Origin: Massalongia carnosa
Taxonomy: Eukaryota
Length of the DNA: 64,000 nucleotides
Direction of reading: 5' to 3'
NCBI GenBank assembly: GCA_965645245.1
Contig: OZ287072.1
Location: 1,860,001-1,924,000, forward strand
A program made the position numbers and the translations under genes. Within the stretch, counting starts at the first letter, position 1, and every line of letters starts with the position of its first letter. Of this stretch, positions 1 to 10,134 are shown one piece after another. The notes beneath the pieces are model-generated. The model saw nothing but the letters and a program-made list of their open reading frames with translations, did no database searches and was not told the DNA's origin.

Positions 1-3000
1 AATAGCTTTTACGGATACGTTATGCGGAAAGGATCTCGATGGTACTCGATGGAAATGGCTGGGGTTACTTGTCTCACGGGAGCCCATATCATTCAAATGG
101 CCAGGGAACTTGTTGAGCGCATTGGCAGGCCTCTGGAGCTTGATACTGATGGGATTTGGTGCATGTTACCTGCTACATTTCCGGAAAACGTAGCATTCAC
201 GTTGAAAAGTGGAAAGAAAGTGCCAATATCCTATCCTTGTATCATGCTCAACCATCTTGTACATGATAAGTTTACAAATCATCAATATCAAGAACTCATT
301 GACCATCAAACCTTCCGCTACGAAACTCACAGCGATAACTCGATATTTTTTGAAGTCGACGGCCCATATAGGGCAATGATTCTTCCAACTTCCAAAGAAG
401 AAAACAAAAACTTGAAGAAGCGCTACGCTGTGTTCAACCATGATGGGACTATTGCTGAGCTAAAGGGCTTTGAAGTCAAGCGCCGAGGAGAACTAAAGCT
501 GATCAAAATTTTCCAAACCCAGATCTTTAAATTCTTTCTTGAGGGAACTACATTGATTGAGACTTACGCAGCAGTCGCCACGGTTGCGAACAAATGGCTG
601 GATGTGCTGTATCAAAGAGGTTCAACACTTGCTGATGAGGAACTCATCGATCTCATCTGTGAGAATAGAAGCATGTCAAAGGCCCTTGAAGAGTACGGAT
701 CACAGAAATCGACCTCTATCACAACAGCGAAACGACTGGCTGAGTTCTTGGGTGCTCAGATGGTCAAGGACAAAGGCCTGAACTGCAAATACATCATTGC
801 ATCAAGACCCAAAAATGCGCCTGTTACAGAACGTGCCATTCCAGTAGCGATCTTTTCAGCAGACGAGCAGGTTAAACGCTATTTCTTACGTAAATGGATG
901 CGTGAAGATCCAAGTGACGTGAACCCTCGAGCGCTCGTTGATTGGAATTATTACTTGGAACGTCTAAGCTCGGTCATCCAGAAGCTCATCACGATTCCTG
1001 CCGCGTTGCAGAAAGTGAGAAACCCTGTCCCGAGAGTTGTACACCCTGACTGGCTTCAGCGTAGGATCAATATTAAAGATGACAGACTCAAGCAGAAAAA
1101 AATGACTGATCTATTCGACAAGACACCATTATCCGAGATCGTTACCAATACTCTGGAACCTCGACTTCCCCTTGAATTAGAAGACTTTAGCTCCACTGAG
1201 CTATCAAAGCCTAAGTTAGGGCAGGTTTCGCGGTTGATTCAGAAGCGGAAGGCTTCGGACTTTTCAGCTTCCTCGAACTTAGACCCCTATGCTACTCTGC
1301 CAGCGGTAATGCCTTCCATGATGGACGATTACGAAGGATTTCTGCGCTATCAGAAAAAGAAATGGAAAATTCAAAAGCAAGCCCGTATACGCAGACGACA
1401 GCTTTTTGGTGAACGGAGCAATGTTACTTCGGATTCGCTCGGAAGCCTATTTCGCAACAGACTTGAGCTGCTTTTCATCAGTACGTGGCAGGTGCTGCAG
1501 CTTCGTGAGTCTGGAGTGCCAGGGGAGGTTAAAGCGTTTGTTTTGATCGACAAAAAGGTGCATACCCTAACCGTTAAAGTACCGCGGCAATTTTTCTTAA
1601 ACTTGAAGGGGAAAGATCTACCGGCGGTTGAAATCGAGGGCTGCGCGGTAGAAAAGGTTAGCCATATACTTCCAAATGGGCATCAGTCATTGCACCTATT
1701 CAAACTTGTAATGTCCGAAGAAGTCTACATTAGAGAAGCGCAGGAATTTGCGGCTTTGTTCGGGCATCCAAGTGTTGAAGGTGTTTACGAGAAACACGTG
1801 CCTCTACACGCTCGGGCCGTACTGGAGTTGGGGAGTCTTTGTACCTTTGATGAGACTCAGAAAGGGGTGTTGGGGAGGGGATTGGAGCATGGCTTCGATC
1901 TCGCAGCATTACGGAGGACTCCATCAAAACAACCATATTTGTCAGAGACCAAGATGGCTTTTCTCTTCCTCTATCACTTGATTGCCGGGAATCGGCAGAT
2001 CTTTGCTTTATTTTCAAGTATGCGAGACGAAGCTCACCTCATTGTTCTTGATCGATCAAAGGGAGCCCAAGGTTTGCCAAATCCCGAGAGAGTTTACGCT
2101 GAGCTTTTAGCGCGACGACTGAAAGAGAACGGAGGGCAGCGCTGGCAGAATACCTTCGATTATCAGGAAAAAATCCATTTCAAGACAAGCCAATTTGCAA
2201 CGAAGAGAAAAGCATATTTTGAAATCGCAACCTTAGTTAAGAAATTTCGAAATGACGAGAGCAAGCCAATAGTTTTGGTTATACAGTCGCCCCAAAGACG
2301 TATAATAGTAAACGATATACCCGCCTTGCAAGATTTGCCCACACTTCCGCTGAAGGCTGAAGCCTCGGATGCAAGCCTTCCACCACTTGGCTGGCAGTCT
2401 TTTGTTGTTAAGAGGATCATGACCCATTATCTAGCGTTAGGGTCATGGATCAGCCATCTTGTTGAACTCGCGAGATACGGGGATATTCCGCTTTGTAATC
2501 TAGAGAGGGAGGATCCACGGTTTCTCATTGATATCGCTTATGCTAGGCGTCTGCAAAGAAGCAACGTTGTTCTATGGTGGGCCAGCGGTCCTCTGCCAGA
2601 TCATGCAGGATATGAGAAAGACGAGATTCTTCAGCCAATGGAGACGGTCGAGATGCCATCGGTCAATAACCCTGGGACTTACTCGTCAGTGTGCATAGAA
2701 CTCAACGTTCGGAACCTGTCTATAAATACTATCTTGACTTCCTCCTTGATTAATGAAGCCGAAGGAAGCGATTCGATTAGCCTCAACCCAGCTGGTTCAA
2801 GTGATGGCGATCCCGGTGCTGGAATAGGTGTCCTTTATTCCGAAGATGCATTTGCTTCCGCAGGCATCGCGGTACTTCGAGAAATGGTCAAAGCGTGGTG
2901 GACCGAGGCTTGCAAGGGAAATACTATGGCTGATGTAATGGTGCAGCATCTTGTGCGATGGGTGGAAAATCCAGACTCGTTTCTTTATGACCGCTCATTG

Positions 3001-4260
3001 CATCACTATGTGCAAATGATGTCGCGAAAGGCCTTTCAACAGCTGATGACTAATTTCAGGAGGGTCGGGTCGCACATCGTCTTCGCAAACGCTAATCGTC
3101 TTCTTCTTCAGACTACAAAAGCAGAGGTTGGGAACGCGTTCGCGTACTGCCAGTACATCCTCAAGTCCATCAAAGCGAAACCGCTGTTTCACTTTCTTGA
3201 CCTTGAAATCAAAGAATACTGGAATTATCTAGTGTGGTATGATGAGTACAACTACGGTGGGAAGGCCTGTCAGGAGGTCGTGGAAGCCGAGTCTCAACCC
3301 TTGGACATGATCATGCACTGGCAGCTGAATACTTTTCTACCCACGCACTATCAAAACGATTTCTATCGATGGATCGTTGAATTCATTGATCTGATGCACG
3401 ATATGAAACATTCCCGGCAATCTCCCACGACGAGCGCGGGCTCAGAATCAACGCCTCGCCCGACCCAAATTCCTGCTCGAAATTTGGCCTCCGACAACGA
3501 CGATAGCCAGGAAGACAGCACAGCGGTGCTGGCAAAGTCCATTTCCAAGCCTCTCAAGCGTCAAATAGCGTCTCTCATCTCTCTTTATCGCGCAGAAATC
3601 AACCACCCCACGCTTCTCGCGGATCACTCCTATCCGCAACTTCCGGGCTCTCACCTCAACTTAAAAAACACACATCCTGTCCTTCAACTCGTCAAGTCAC
3701 TCATGCACGTATTTTCCCTCGACAAAACCATCGGCACGGAAGCCCGCCTGCTGCGCAAAGAACTCCTCGCCTTGTTTGAGATCAAAGAATTCAGCCCCCA
3801 GGCCCGCTTCGAGAACCCGAGCTCCAGCCTTCGCTTCGTGCAGCTAGTATGCGAACACTGCACCATGACCCGCGACCTCGACCTCTGCCGTGACGAGGAC
3901 GTCTTGCCCCCTCCGAACCTTGTCGATCGCGACGCGGCGCCAGTCACCAAGACCACTGTCAAGGCCTGGGAATGCACGACATGCGGCCACGAATACAACC
4001 GGCTGGCCATCGAGGAGAGGCTCATCGGTCGGGTTCACAAAACCCTCGTGCAATGGCAGACACAAGACTTAAAGTGCGGCAAATGCAGGAAGATTCGCGT
4101 GAATGATTTCATGGAGCATTGCACATGCAGCGGGGAGTGGGTGGTGACCGTTTCAAGGGAATACATCGTCAAGGAGCTCACCGTGTCGGGGAGAGTGGCG
4201 GCGTTCCATGATTTGAAAATGCTGGGCGAGGTTATACGTGGCATGTTGGCGGGCTTATGA
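1..4260 (+). CDS. POL2: DNA polymerase epsilon catalytic subunit, 5'-truncated by the window edge
   Basis: Frame is open from base 1 (NSFYGYVMRKGSRWYSMEMAG). Has the family-B motif ELDTDG and C-terminal Cys4 clusters (CEHC..CTTC, CGKC..CTC). Confidence 0.97.
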   Translation, partial: NSFYGYVMRKGSRWYSMEMAGVTCLTGAHIIQMARELVERIGRPLELDTDGIWCMLPATFPENVAFTLKSGKKVPISYPCIMLNHLVHDKFTNHQYQELIDHQTFRYETHSDNSIFFEVDGPYRAMILPTSKEENKNLKKRYAVFNHDGTIAELKGFEVKRRGELKLIKIFQTQIFKFFLEGTTLIETYAAVATVANKWLDVLYQRGSTLADEELIDLICENRSMSKALEEYGSQKSTSITTAKRLAEFLGAQMVKDKGLNCKYIIASRPKNAPVTERAIPVAIFSADEQVKRYFLRKWMREDPSDVNPRALVDWNYYLERLSSVIQKLITIPAALQKVRNPVPRVVHPDWLQRRINIKDDRLKQKKMTDLFDKTPLSEIVTNTLEPRLPLELEDFSSTELSKPKLGQVSRLIQKRKASDFSASSNLDPYATLPAVMPSMMDDYEGFLRYQKKKWKIQKQARIRRRQLFGERSNVTSDSLGSLFRNRLELLFISTWQVLQLRESGVPGEVKAFVLIDKKVHTLTVKVPRQFFLNLKGKDLPAVEIEGCAVEKVSHILPNGHQSLHLFKLVMSEEVYIREAQEFAALFGHPSVEGVYEKHVPLHARAVLELGSLCTFDETQKGVLGRGLEHGFDLAALRRTPSKQPYLSETKMAFLFLYHLIAGNRQIFALFSSMRDEAHLIVLDRSKGAQGLPNPERVYAELLARRLKENGGQRWQNTFDYQEKIHFKTSQFATKRKAYFEIATLVKKFRNDESKPIVLVIQSPQRRIIVNDIPALQDLPTLPLKAEASDASLPPLGWQSFVVKRIMTHYLALGSWISHLVELARYGDIPLCNLEREDPRFLIDIAYARRLQRSNVVLWWASGPLPDHAGYEKDEILQPMETVEMPSVNNPGTYSSVCIELNVRNLSINTILTSSLINEAEGSDSISLNPAGSSDGDPGAGIGVLYSEDAFASAGIAVLREMVKAWWTEACKGNTMADVMVQHLVRWVENPDSFLYDRSLHHYVQMMSRKAFQQLMTNFRRVGSHIVFANANRLLLQTTKAEVGNAFAYCQYILKSIKAKPLFHFLDLEIKEYWNYLVWYDEYNYGGKACQEVVEAESQPLDMIMHWQLNTFLPTHYQNDFYRWIVEFIDLMHDMKHSRQSPTTSAGSESTPRPTQIPARNLASDNDDSQEDSTAVLAKSISKPLKRQIASLISLYRAEINHPTLLADHSYPQLPGSHLNLKNTHPVLQLVKSLMHVFSLDKTIGTEARLLRKELLALFEIKEFSPQARFENPSSSLRFVQLVCEHCTMTRDLDLCRDEDVLPPPNLVDRDAAPVTKTTVKAWECTTCGHEYNRLAIEERLIGRVHKTLVQWQTQDLKCGKCRKIRVNDFMEHCTCSGEWVVTVSREYIVKELTVSGRVAAFHDLKMLGEVIRGMLAGL

Positions 4261-5312
4261 GTTTTTACAAAGTATATATGTGCGATAAATGGCTTGAACA
4301 TCGGGAGTTTTGTTGGTTTATACCCCCGTTTTTTGGGGGGGGCGTTTTATGTTATCCATCGTCTGGACGCTCTAAAACACCTTTTTCCTGCCTTAGCGTA
4401 CATAGAATATATGTCCGAGTCCCTGATAGCCTCGTTTATCTTGCCCCCCCCTGGTTTTAAATACCTAGATAATTGTCTATCGACTTTCCTCTTTCCCTGC
4501 TTCCCCTGCTTTCCAATTTCAAACCGCCCTCGTCATAGTAATAGTCAGTAACCCCCCCGCGTCTTACGTATTATCTATCCACTTATGATCTCATATTATC
4601 CGATATAAAAAATTTTTTATTAATTCATTTAGTGTACATATGCAACCTAAGGTTATAAAACTGAATTATTTACATGATATGTTTCTGATATATAAATCAG
4701 ATCAACCATTTAAAACCCAACCACTGATCGTCTATTTTGACCCATTTTTACTTCGTGTTGTTGAAAAACCTGAAATAATCGAATAAACGATTTAATCATG
4801 TATGTATGTAAAACGTTAGACTGTGATTCGATATGTTTATACAGAAGTGAAATGAAGATGCTCGAGACGACACTTCGGCCGATTGATGTTCTGTGAACTG
4901 TTCGTGAGATGATTTTAAAATCTTATAATGATGAAAATGACTATCTAAATAGCTTTTCTTCGAGTCGTTTATATAATGATGCGATGAATTTATGATTGAT
5001 CGTTCATGTGATGATTCAGCTGATGAACTATGAGTGATCGAATGATAGGGGGCCGGTCATCGAAATGACTCTCCATTAGGTTGTGTGTTTTGAAAAGCCT
5101 ATAACCCTCTCTGTAAATGTTGTTTGATGATAGATAAAGGCCTATCCCTTCGTCTGGCCGTTTGGCAGCCACCTCAAATAGGCTTAGTTTTTTACCGTAA
5201 GGCTGAGTCGCGAACATCAAAACTTTTACCCCTTTATTTCGCCGCATAGTAAATAAAGAGATAAACACACTTAAAAGTTACCTTAACAGCTAAATTTATC
5301 GAATAAATCATC

Positions 5313-6068
5313 ATGAGAGGCATAGAAATTGAGGGTCCTGATCAATCAGATACTCTGCCCCCCTCAGTGCTAAAAGAACAGTCAAAAAGAAATAAACCAA
5401 GCGTAAAAAGCATCATTGATTCTATTCCCCCTCCGTCATCAAGTTATTCTCCAATTTCAATCCCATTTCGATCACCTCAACCCTACGAGACATTGGGCTT
5501 GATAAAACAGACTCCCTTCAGTTTATTCTCTCTCTTTTTCAGCTCTGATTTATCGAGAATTGTAGCCGAAAACATCAATTTGAAAGCAAATAAGGAGTAT
5601 TCCCGCGACAGTAAGGAGCAACGTCGATGGCACGACACGTCAGCTGCTGAAATAAAAGCTTTTTTAGGAATTCTTCTATATATGGGCCTAGCTCGTATGC
5701 CTCGTATCACCGACTATTGGAATACCACTTCAAACTTTGCTATTCATGAGATGATTACCCAAACCATGAGTCTCAAAAGATAGGAGCAAATCAAGCGATT
5801 TTTGAAGATATCCAATCCCTACGAGACCATTGATACTCGAGGCCCTGATTGGTGGAAAAAGCTGGAACCATTGACCACAGACTTTCGAAAAGCATCAAAG
5901 AAATACTGGATTCCTGGAAGCCATTTGTCAGTTGATGAGCAATTGATTTTATTCAGGGGACGAAGTTGCCACACCATGCAAATAGCCACTAAGGCGGCTA
6001 GTGTAGGCTTCAAAATCTATAGTCTATGTCAGAATAATTACCTTTTTGGCTTCTTATTTACCTCCAAG
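5313..6068 (+). pseudogene. piggyBac-like transposase exon 1 of copy A, with a nonsense codon at 5781
   Basis: Motifs AFLGILLYMG, DYWNT, HLSVDEQLILFRGR. TAG replaces the TGG seen in copy B. Ends at the intron donor GTGAGT. Confidence 0.88.
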
Positions 6069-6444
6069 GTGAGTCAAAAGATGAGCTGGAAAATGAGCTA
6101 GAAAATGAGCTGAATATAAGTGTAATAGGGTAGGCCTAATATGCGTTCGTTGAACGTAAGACTGGCCTATGTGGCTATGTGGGATACGTACAGCCAAAAC
6201 AACCACCAAGACAATAAGGTCCCGCCTAACCAAGTTAGGCATAGTGTGGGGACTTAACTTATTATGGAGGTGTTTTCGTAGTACATGAAGTATCCCCTCG
6301 CCTCGCCTCACCTCCCCTAGCTCACCTGCCTAGTCTTATCTACCCGTGTCTTTCGGTGTCCGAAGTATTTCGGAGTCCGAAAATACCAGGTAGTATGAGC
6401 AAGGTATGGAAGAAGAGCTTAGGTTATGGATTGTCCTATCCTAT

Positions 6445-8586
6445 CCCTTCGTCTGGCAATTTGGCAGCCATTTAGGTAATATTCAATTTTACACGCGCCG
6501 TCTCCGGGTAATGACTAATAACTTTAATCTGGCCAATCAGATTTTCCCTTTTCAACGATAATGGGTACAACACCTCAATCACCCCTCATGATCTATGTAA
6601 AATTTCCCAACATGCCTCCTTTTTGCAACATGGTCCACAGCTCTTACATTGCCATCTGGTCTGACTTGCACGTCGTCTTTTGGTGCAATTTTCATCAATT
6701 TCCGCAAGTGGTCGGCGTCGTTTGAGTCTTGGCACTTGCCTTTTGCAGGCCAAACAATAGTCCTTCTTATTCAAATGCTCCCATTTGCAAGTTGACTCGA
6801 CGTCTTTATTAACGTCTTGATTAGTAGTAACTATGACATCTGTCGGACGTTTCCGTAGGGCACCGGCTTGATTGGATAGTAGGGCATTTACTATTTCTTT
6901 TTGAAAGTCCAAATGGCTGAGTGTTGAATTCGGATACAGAATTCTCCACAATTTGAAGGCATTTAGAACGGCTGCATCCAGAAGAAAGATGAAAATTGAC
7001 CACCAGTAGCGACGATCAGATCTTTGAGGTGAATAATATGCTCTTTGCTGAGCATTCCCATCTGACCCGCCTATGTGCTGGTTATATTCCACGATGGGCA
7101 TGGGAAATGGAAGCTTTTCTTCTTCATCATCAACGATGACTCTGGAATTTGCAGGAATTCCATGACGTCGACGGGAATTCTTGTAGAAAGAAGTCTTCAA
7201 ATCCTCAATTGTATGAACCGTGGTCATGAATTGCACGGTGTTTAAATCCACCCATGCCATACACAGAATGTCCCCGTCATCAATGTTTGATTTTTTACTT
7301 TTATTTGCAGGTACCGTCATCAATGCCTTCTTTCCCCAGTCCTTATTCTTGGTGGCTGCAACCCTCAGACGTAGAAGATCAACAGGAAAACCGCATCCTG
7401 ATTTAGCCGTCCCACAGGCACCAATTCCAATGGTTTTCAGAGCTTTGAATAGCTTCGTATTTGTGAAGAAGTTGTCCAGAAAGATGACGTATTTCAAGCC
7501 TTCATCAGACGGTAAACTTCGAGCCAGTTAAATGACGACTAGGGAGGAAGGAAACAAATCCCATTTGGTTGTCGGAAATTTCAATTGTCCAGGCGTTTTT
7601 AACTCACTAATTTTGGACACCTGTCTTGCAATTAGTACGATGCAAATTGAGGCCTTTTCTACTCACCTTGGAGGTAAATAAGAAGTCAAAAAGATAATTT
7701 TCCTGACATAAACTATAGATTTTGAAGCCTACACCAGCCGCCTTGGTGGCTATTTGCATAGTATGGCAGCTCCTACCCCTGAATAAAATCAATTGCTCGT
7801 CAACTGACACATGACTTCCAGGAATCCAGTATTTCTTTGATGCTTTTCGAAAGTCTGTGGCCAATGGTTCCAGCTTTTTCCACCAATCAGGGCCTCGAGT
7901 ATCAATGATCTCATCTTCGTCGGGGTTGGATATCTTCAAAAATCGCTTGAGTTGCTCCCATCTTCGAAGACTCATGGCTTGAATCACCATGTCATGTATG
8001 GCAAATTTAGGAGACGTGTTCCAATAGTCAGTAAGACGTGGCATCAGTGTATACCCCATATATAACAGAATTCCCAGAAAAGCTCCTACTTCAGAAGAAG
8101 AGGTGTCATGCCATTGACGTCTCTTGATGTCGTTTAGGGCATACTTCTTTTTCGCTTTAAGATTGGTGTTTTTAGCTATGATTTCAAGCATTTCAAAGCT
8201 AAAAAAGAGGCAGAATAAACTGAAAGGAGTCTGATTTATCAAGCGCAACGTCTCGTCCGGCTGTGGTTTTCGAAATGGGATCGAAATTGTACAATAATTT
8301 GATGACGGAGGGGGCATGGAGTCAATTATGCTTTGTACGCTGGGTTTATTCTTTTTGGCCTGTTCTTTCAGAATTGAGGGGGGCAAAGCGTCTGATTGGG
8401 CAGGAACTTCTATCTCAATGCCTCTCATGATTATTCTAAAGATATTGTAGATGTTTTAATGATTTTCAGCTGATGTTTACCTTCTTATTTACAAAAAAAG
8501 GGGAGAATGTTTTGAAGTTCGCGACTCAGCCCTACGGTATCTCACTAAGCCTATTTAAGGTGGCTGCCAAATTGCCAGACGAAGGG
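6445..8586 (-). mobile_element. piggyBac-like DNA transposon, full-length inner copy B (2142 bp)
   Basis: Perfect 26-bp TIRs CCCTTCGTCTGGCAATTTGGCAGCCA. Flanks are CTAT and ATAG. The empty site is visible in the 3' LTR. Confidence 0.95.
6586..8428 (-). pseudogene. piggyBac-like transposase, two exons, about 598 aa, one in-frame TAA
   Basis: Exon 8428-7667, intron 7666-7621 (GTGAGT..CTAAT..CAG), exon 7620-6586. Catalytic D motifs VSVDE, FLDNFFT, GGSD, and a C-terminal Cys-rich domain. Stop at 7530-7528. Confidence 0.9.
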
Positions 8587-8882
8587 ATAGATCAATGATC
8601 AAGCACTTCAAAAGGGTAGCATTTAGTCTACCCTTTGACCTGACCCTACCTATTTTGTACCTCTATTGTGACCATCACGTTGTGTAGCCCCTGTGGATCC
8701 CATCTTCCAGTAGTGAATGCCTGCTGGGAGAAGGTCTCCCCGTTTCAATTCTAATTGCTCTATATATCTCCGGATTAGCACGATCCGGTGGTCGCAATAA
8801 GGGTGCTGCTTTTTACCGCTTTCGCCATCCAGCACCATTTGGCCTTTCGTCGTTCAGGCCAAACTTCCTCATCGATTCTTCC

Positions 8883-10134
8883 ATGGTCACCCGCAGCCAG
8901 TCCGCTGCAATTAGGACCTCCATGGATCCTTCTCTCCTCGGCACCTCCGGTGCTTCAGCTAATTCAGCCAATGCATCTGGTGCTCCGCCGTCTAGTGGCC
9001 CACTTCCTGTCGGCCCGCACGGCTCCGCCCGTCCTTCCTCTGGCACGTCAGCTACCACAGTGACTCTGACTGCGGAGCAATGGGCTGCTATCCAGTCTAC
9101 CCTGGACCAAATCAACCAGGGCCATGGCCGAACTCCCTCTCGGTCTGCTCGCCGATCTCGATCGGCCCCACGATCTCCTCGGGCACCCCAGTCGCCTGAG
9201 AGGTCATCCAGGCGGAATAGTCATCATACCCGCCGGGACTCTCGCTCTCGCTCGCCCGGCCATTACCATCGCCGCCGGTCACCTTCGCGTGACTACTCAA
9301 GCCGCCGTTATGACGGCGCCTCTCGTCCCTTACTGAAGCCCAAGGTTTCTGACATATACAAGGGAAGTAGTCACAAGGAGCTGCATGAGTTCGCTCGTCA
9401 GTGTCACGAGTACTTCAAAAACTGCACGGGCGCATCCCGATGGTTCTTCCTCCGTCTCTTTCGCGGCTTCCTTTCTTCGCGGAGAGACTGTTGGCCATGT
9501 ATGGTCAGAATACGTCCAGACATTGCCGCTTGATTACGACCCACCCTGGGCCGAATTCTCAAAGGTCCTCTGGGATGAGCTTAGCAACGAGAAGACCTTC
9601 GTGGACAAAACCTGGGGAAAGTTCTTTAGTTTTGTTCAGCGCCCTGGAGACAACGTACGCACGTTTAGCGTACAGCTTCAACAATTGTGCTCCGTTCTTC
9701 AGGAGTATGACATTCATTTCCCCCGCGAGTCCGACATGATTCGCCGCGCTCGAGATGCTCTGCGTCCTGAGATTAAATCAGCCCTTTACAACATGGTTGA
9801 CAATGCGAGCACCTACTCGCAATTCGTCGCTCTCGCAATGCAGGCCGAGGCATCCGTTAATATGCACACCTCGACCAAGAACTCCTCACATCGCGACTCT
9901 CGTCGCGATAAGTCAAGGGATGCCTCGCAAACTCGATCGTCGAAGACTCAGGGTAAGAATCACAGACGTGGCAAGGGTAACAACAAGCCTACCGAATCTT
10001 CCGGCACCTCTGCCAACAAGACACCTGCCACTGGCGCCAACGCAGAGCCTCCTGCCGAAGTCACCTGCTATAGATGCGGTGAAAAAGGGCATATCTCTAC
10101 CCACTGCACCAATCCTCCCAAGCCAAAAAACTAG
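8883..10134 (+). pseudogene. gag of the gypsy element, one frameshift near 9430-9480
   Basis: Two overlapping ORFs (8883-9533 and 9385-10134). CCHC zinc knuckle CYRCGEKGHISTHC. Confidence 0.88.
10125..10131 (+). promoter_or_regulatory. -1 ribosomal frameshift slippery site A AAA AAC at the gag/pol junction
   Basis: The heptamer is in the gag frame directly before TAG, and the protease ORF (10161) is in the -1 frame. Confidence 0.8.

Larger units (their letters stand above)
6121..8747 (+). repeat. 5' LTR, split by piggyBac-like copy B
   Basis: 6121-6444 plus 8587-8747 align with 14288-14357 plus 15696-16083. TG...CA ends. Confidence 0.93.

Noticed and set aside
4550..5145. Possible host ORF or element rejoined with 16486-16730 across piggyBac A
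   Set aside because: The rejoined minus-strand frames are short, contain stops and show no recognisable motif.
6438..8593. ATC as a 3-bp TSD around CTAT...ATAG-ended termini
   Set aside because: The sister LTR retains CTATATAG, and the outer copy has no matching 3-bp flanks (GGC versus GCT).
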